From Flavobacteriales bacterium (GTDB lineage: Bacteria > Bacteroidota > Bacteroidia > Flavobacteriales_F > PHOS-HE28), in contig JBKJNF010000297.1 of NCBI GenBank assembly GCA_046596155.1, positions 1 through 44,554 of the forward strand: a stretch of DNA of 44,554 nucleotides. Reading direction: 5' to 3'. Of the stretch, positions 44,153 through 44,554 are shown in pieces. The notes beneath the pieces were generated by a model that worked only from the letters and a program-made list of their open reading frames with translations, was not told where the DNA came from and did not search any database. How positions within the stretch are numbered: position 1 is the stretch's first letter; every line of letters starts with the position of its first letter. The translations under genes and the position numbers were made by a program.

Positions 44153-44177
44153 CGCCTTCCGCCATGGGCGGAAGGCG
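44153..44177 (+). terminator. GC-rich hairpin downstream of 43628..44140 (terminator candidate without a U-tract)
   Basis: Perfect 11-bp stem CGCCTTCCGCC (44153-44163) pairs with GGCGGAAGGCG (44167-44177) around the loop ATG. Confidence 0.5.
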
Positions 44178-44281
44178 ACGGCCAAGGACTCAAAGGCGGA
44201 AGCAATGCCTCACCGGAGAAAGCCCACCGGAACCCGATATTTGTGCCTCGCTCCAGCCTGCTTGCCGGGGATCCCGCTTAC

Positions 44282-44503
44282 ATGTCCGACATCATCCGCC
44301 TGCTGCCCGACCATGTGGCCAATCAGATCGCCGCGGGCGAAGTGGTGCAGCGGCCGGCCAGCGTAGTGAAGGAACTGCTGGAGAACAGCGTGGACGCCGG
44401 GGCCACGAGCATCATCCTGTTGGTGAAGGATGCCGGGCGAAGCCTGATCCAGGTAACGGACGACGGCCAGGGCATGACGCCTACCGATGCGCGCCTGAGC
44501 TTC
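44282..44503 (+). CDS. mutL: DNA mismatch repair protein MutL, first 74 codons only; homology ends at 44503
   Basis: [74 protein letters not shown] is the GHKL N-terminus of MutL. The expected continuation (ERHATSKI) is replaced by the reverse complement of upstream sequence. Confidence 0.85.
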
Positions 44504-44553
44504 GGTAGGCGTCATGCCCTGGCCGTCGTCCGTTACCTGGATCAGGCTTCGCC
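44436..44553. repeat. Perfect 50-bp inverted repeat with an 18-nt spacer at the window edge
   Basis: 44436-44485 (GGCGAAGCCTGATCCAGGTAACGGACGACGGCCAGGGCATGACGCCTACC) is the exact reverse complement of 44504-44553. The spacer GATGCGCGCCTGAGCTTC lies at 44486-44503. I checked this base by base. Confidence 0.95.
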
Positions 44554-44554
44554 G

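Noticed and set aside
44210-44515. 101-aa minus-strand ORF
   Set aside because: It is produced by the inverted repeat (its N-terminus is the mirror of the MutL codons) and is otherwise antisense to mutL.
44436-44553. The inverted repeat as a natural regulatory hairpin or terminator
   Set aside because: It lies inside the highly conserved GHKL domain of mutL and replaces an invariant motif. A 50-bp perfect palindrome in an essential-domain coding region is far more consistent with an artefact or rearrangement than with regulation.

Overview
This is a GC-rich chromosomal segment (judged by eye, not computed) with clear Bacteroidota hallmarks. Five proteins end in T9SS type-A C-terminal sorting domains. 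There is also a GWxTD-type protein, several CarboxypepD_reg-like modules and lipoprotein/outer-membrane beta-barrel genes. I call about 40 protein genes on both strands, one tRNA-Ser(UGA) and several intrinsic-terminator hairpins. I found no rRNA, CRISPR array, transposase or integrase. Housekeeping anchors are aroC, aroQ, rarA, a PIN/PhoH ATPase, a MacAB/Lol-type ABC efflux operon and the 5' end of mutL. The main candidates are: (1) 5930-10150, a translationally coupled four-gene operon encoding a free-standing C39-like Cys peptidase, an RLAN+RimK ATP-grasp ligase, a GCS2 carboxylate-amine ligase and an N-formylglutamate-amidohydrolase-like hydrolase. That is two amide ligases plus two amide hydrolases, with no substrate gene in the operon and, to my knowledge, no experimentally assigned product. 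(2) An exact 21-nt duplicate of the tRNA-Ser 3' end brackets a 1.45-kb islet that carries one T9SS cargo gene. The orphan fragment still sits next to what looks like the original tRNA terminator. (3) A TPR gene is broken by a 1-nt frameshift. (4) An orphan SiaC/DUF1987 partner-switch protein has no SiaA/B/D partners nearby. (5) A perfect 50-bp inverted repeat at the right window edge breaks mutL and is probably a fold-back assembly artefact. Many long ORFs in the supplied track are antisense shadows of real genes, and several track ORFs carry spurious N-terminal extensions.
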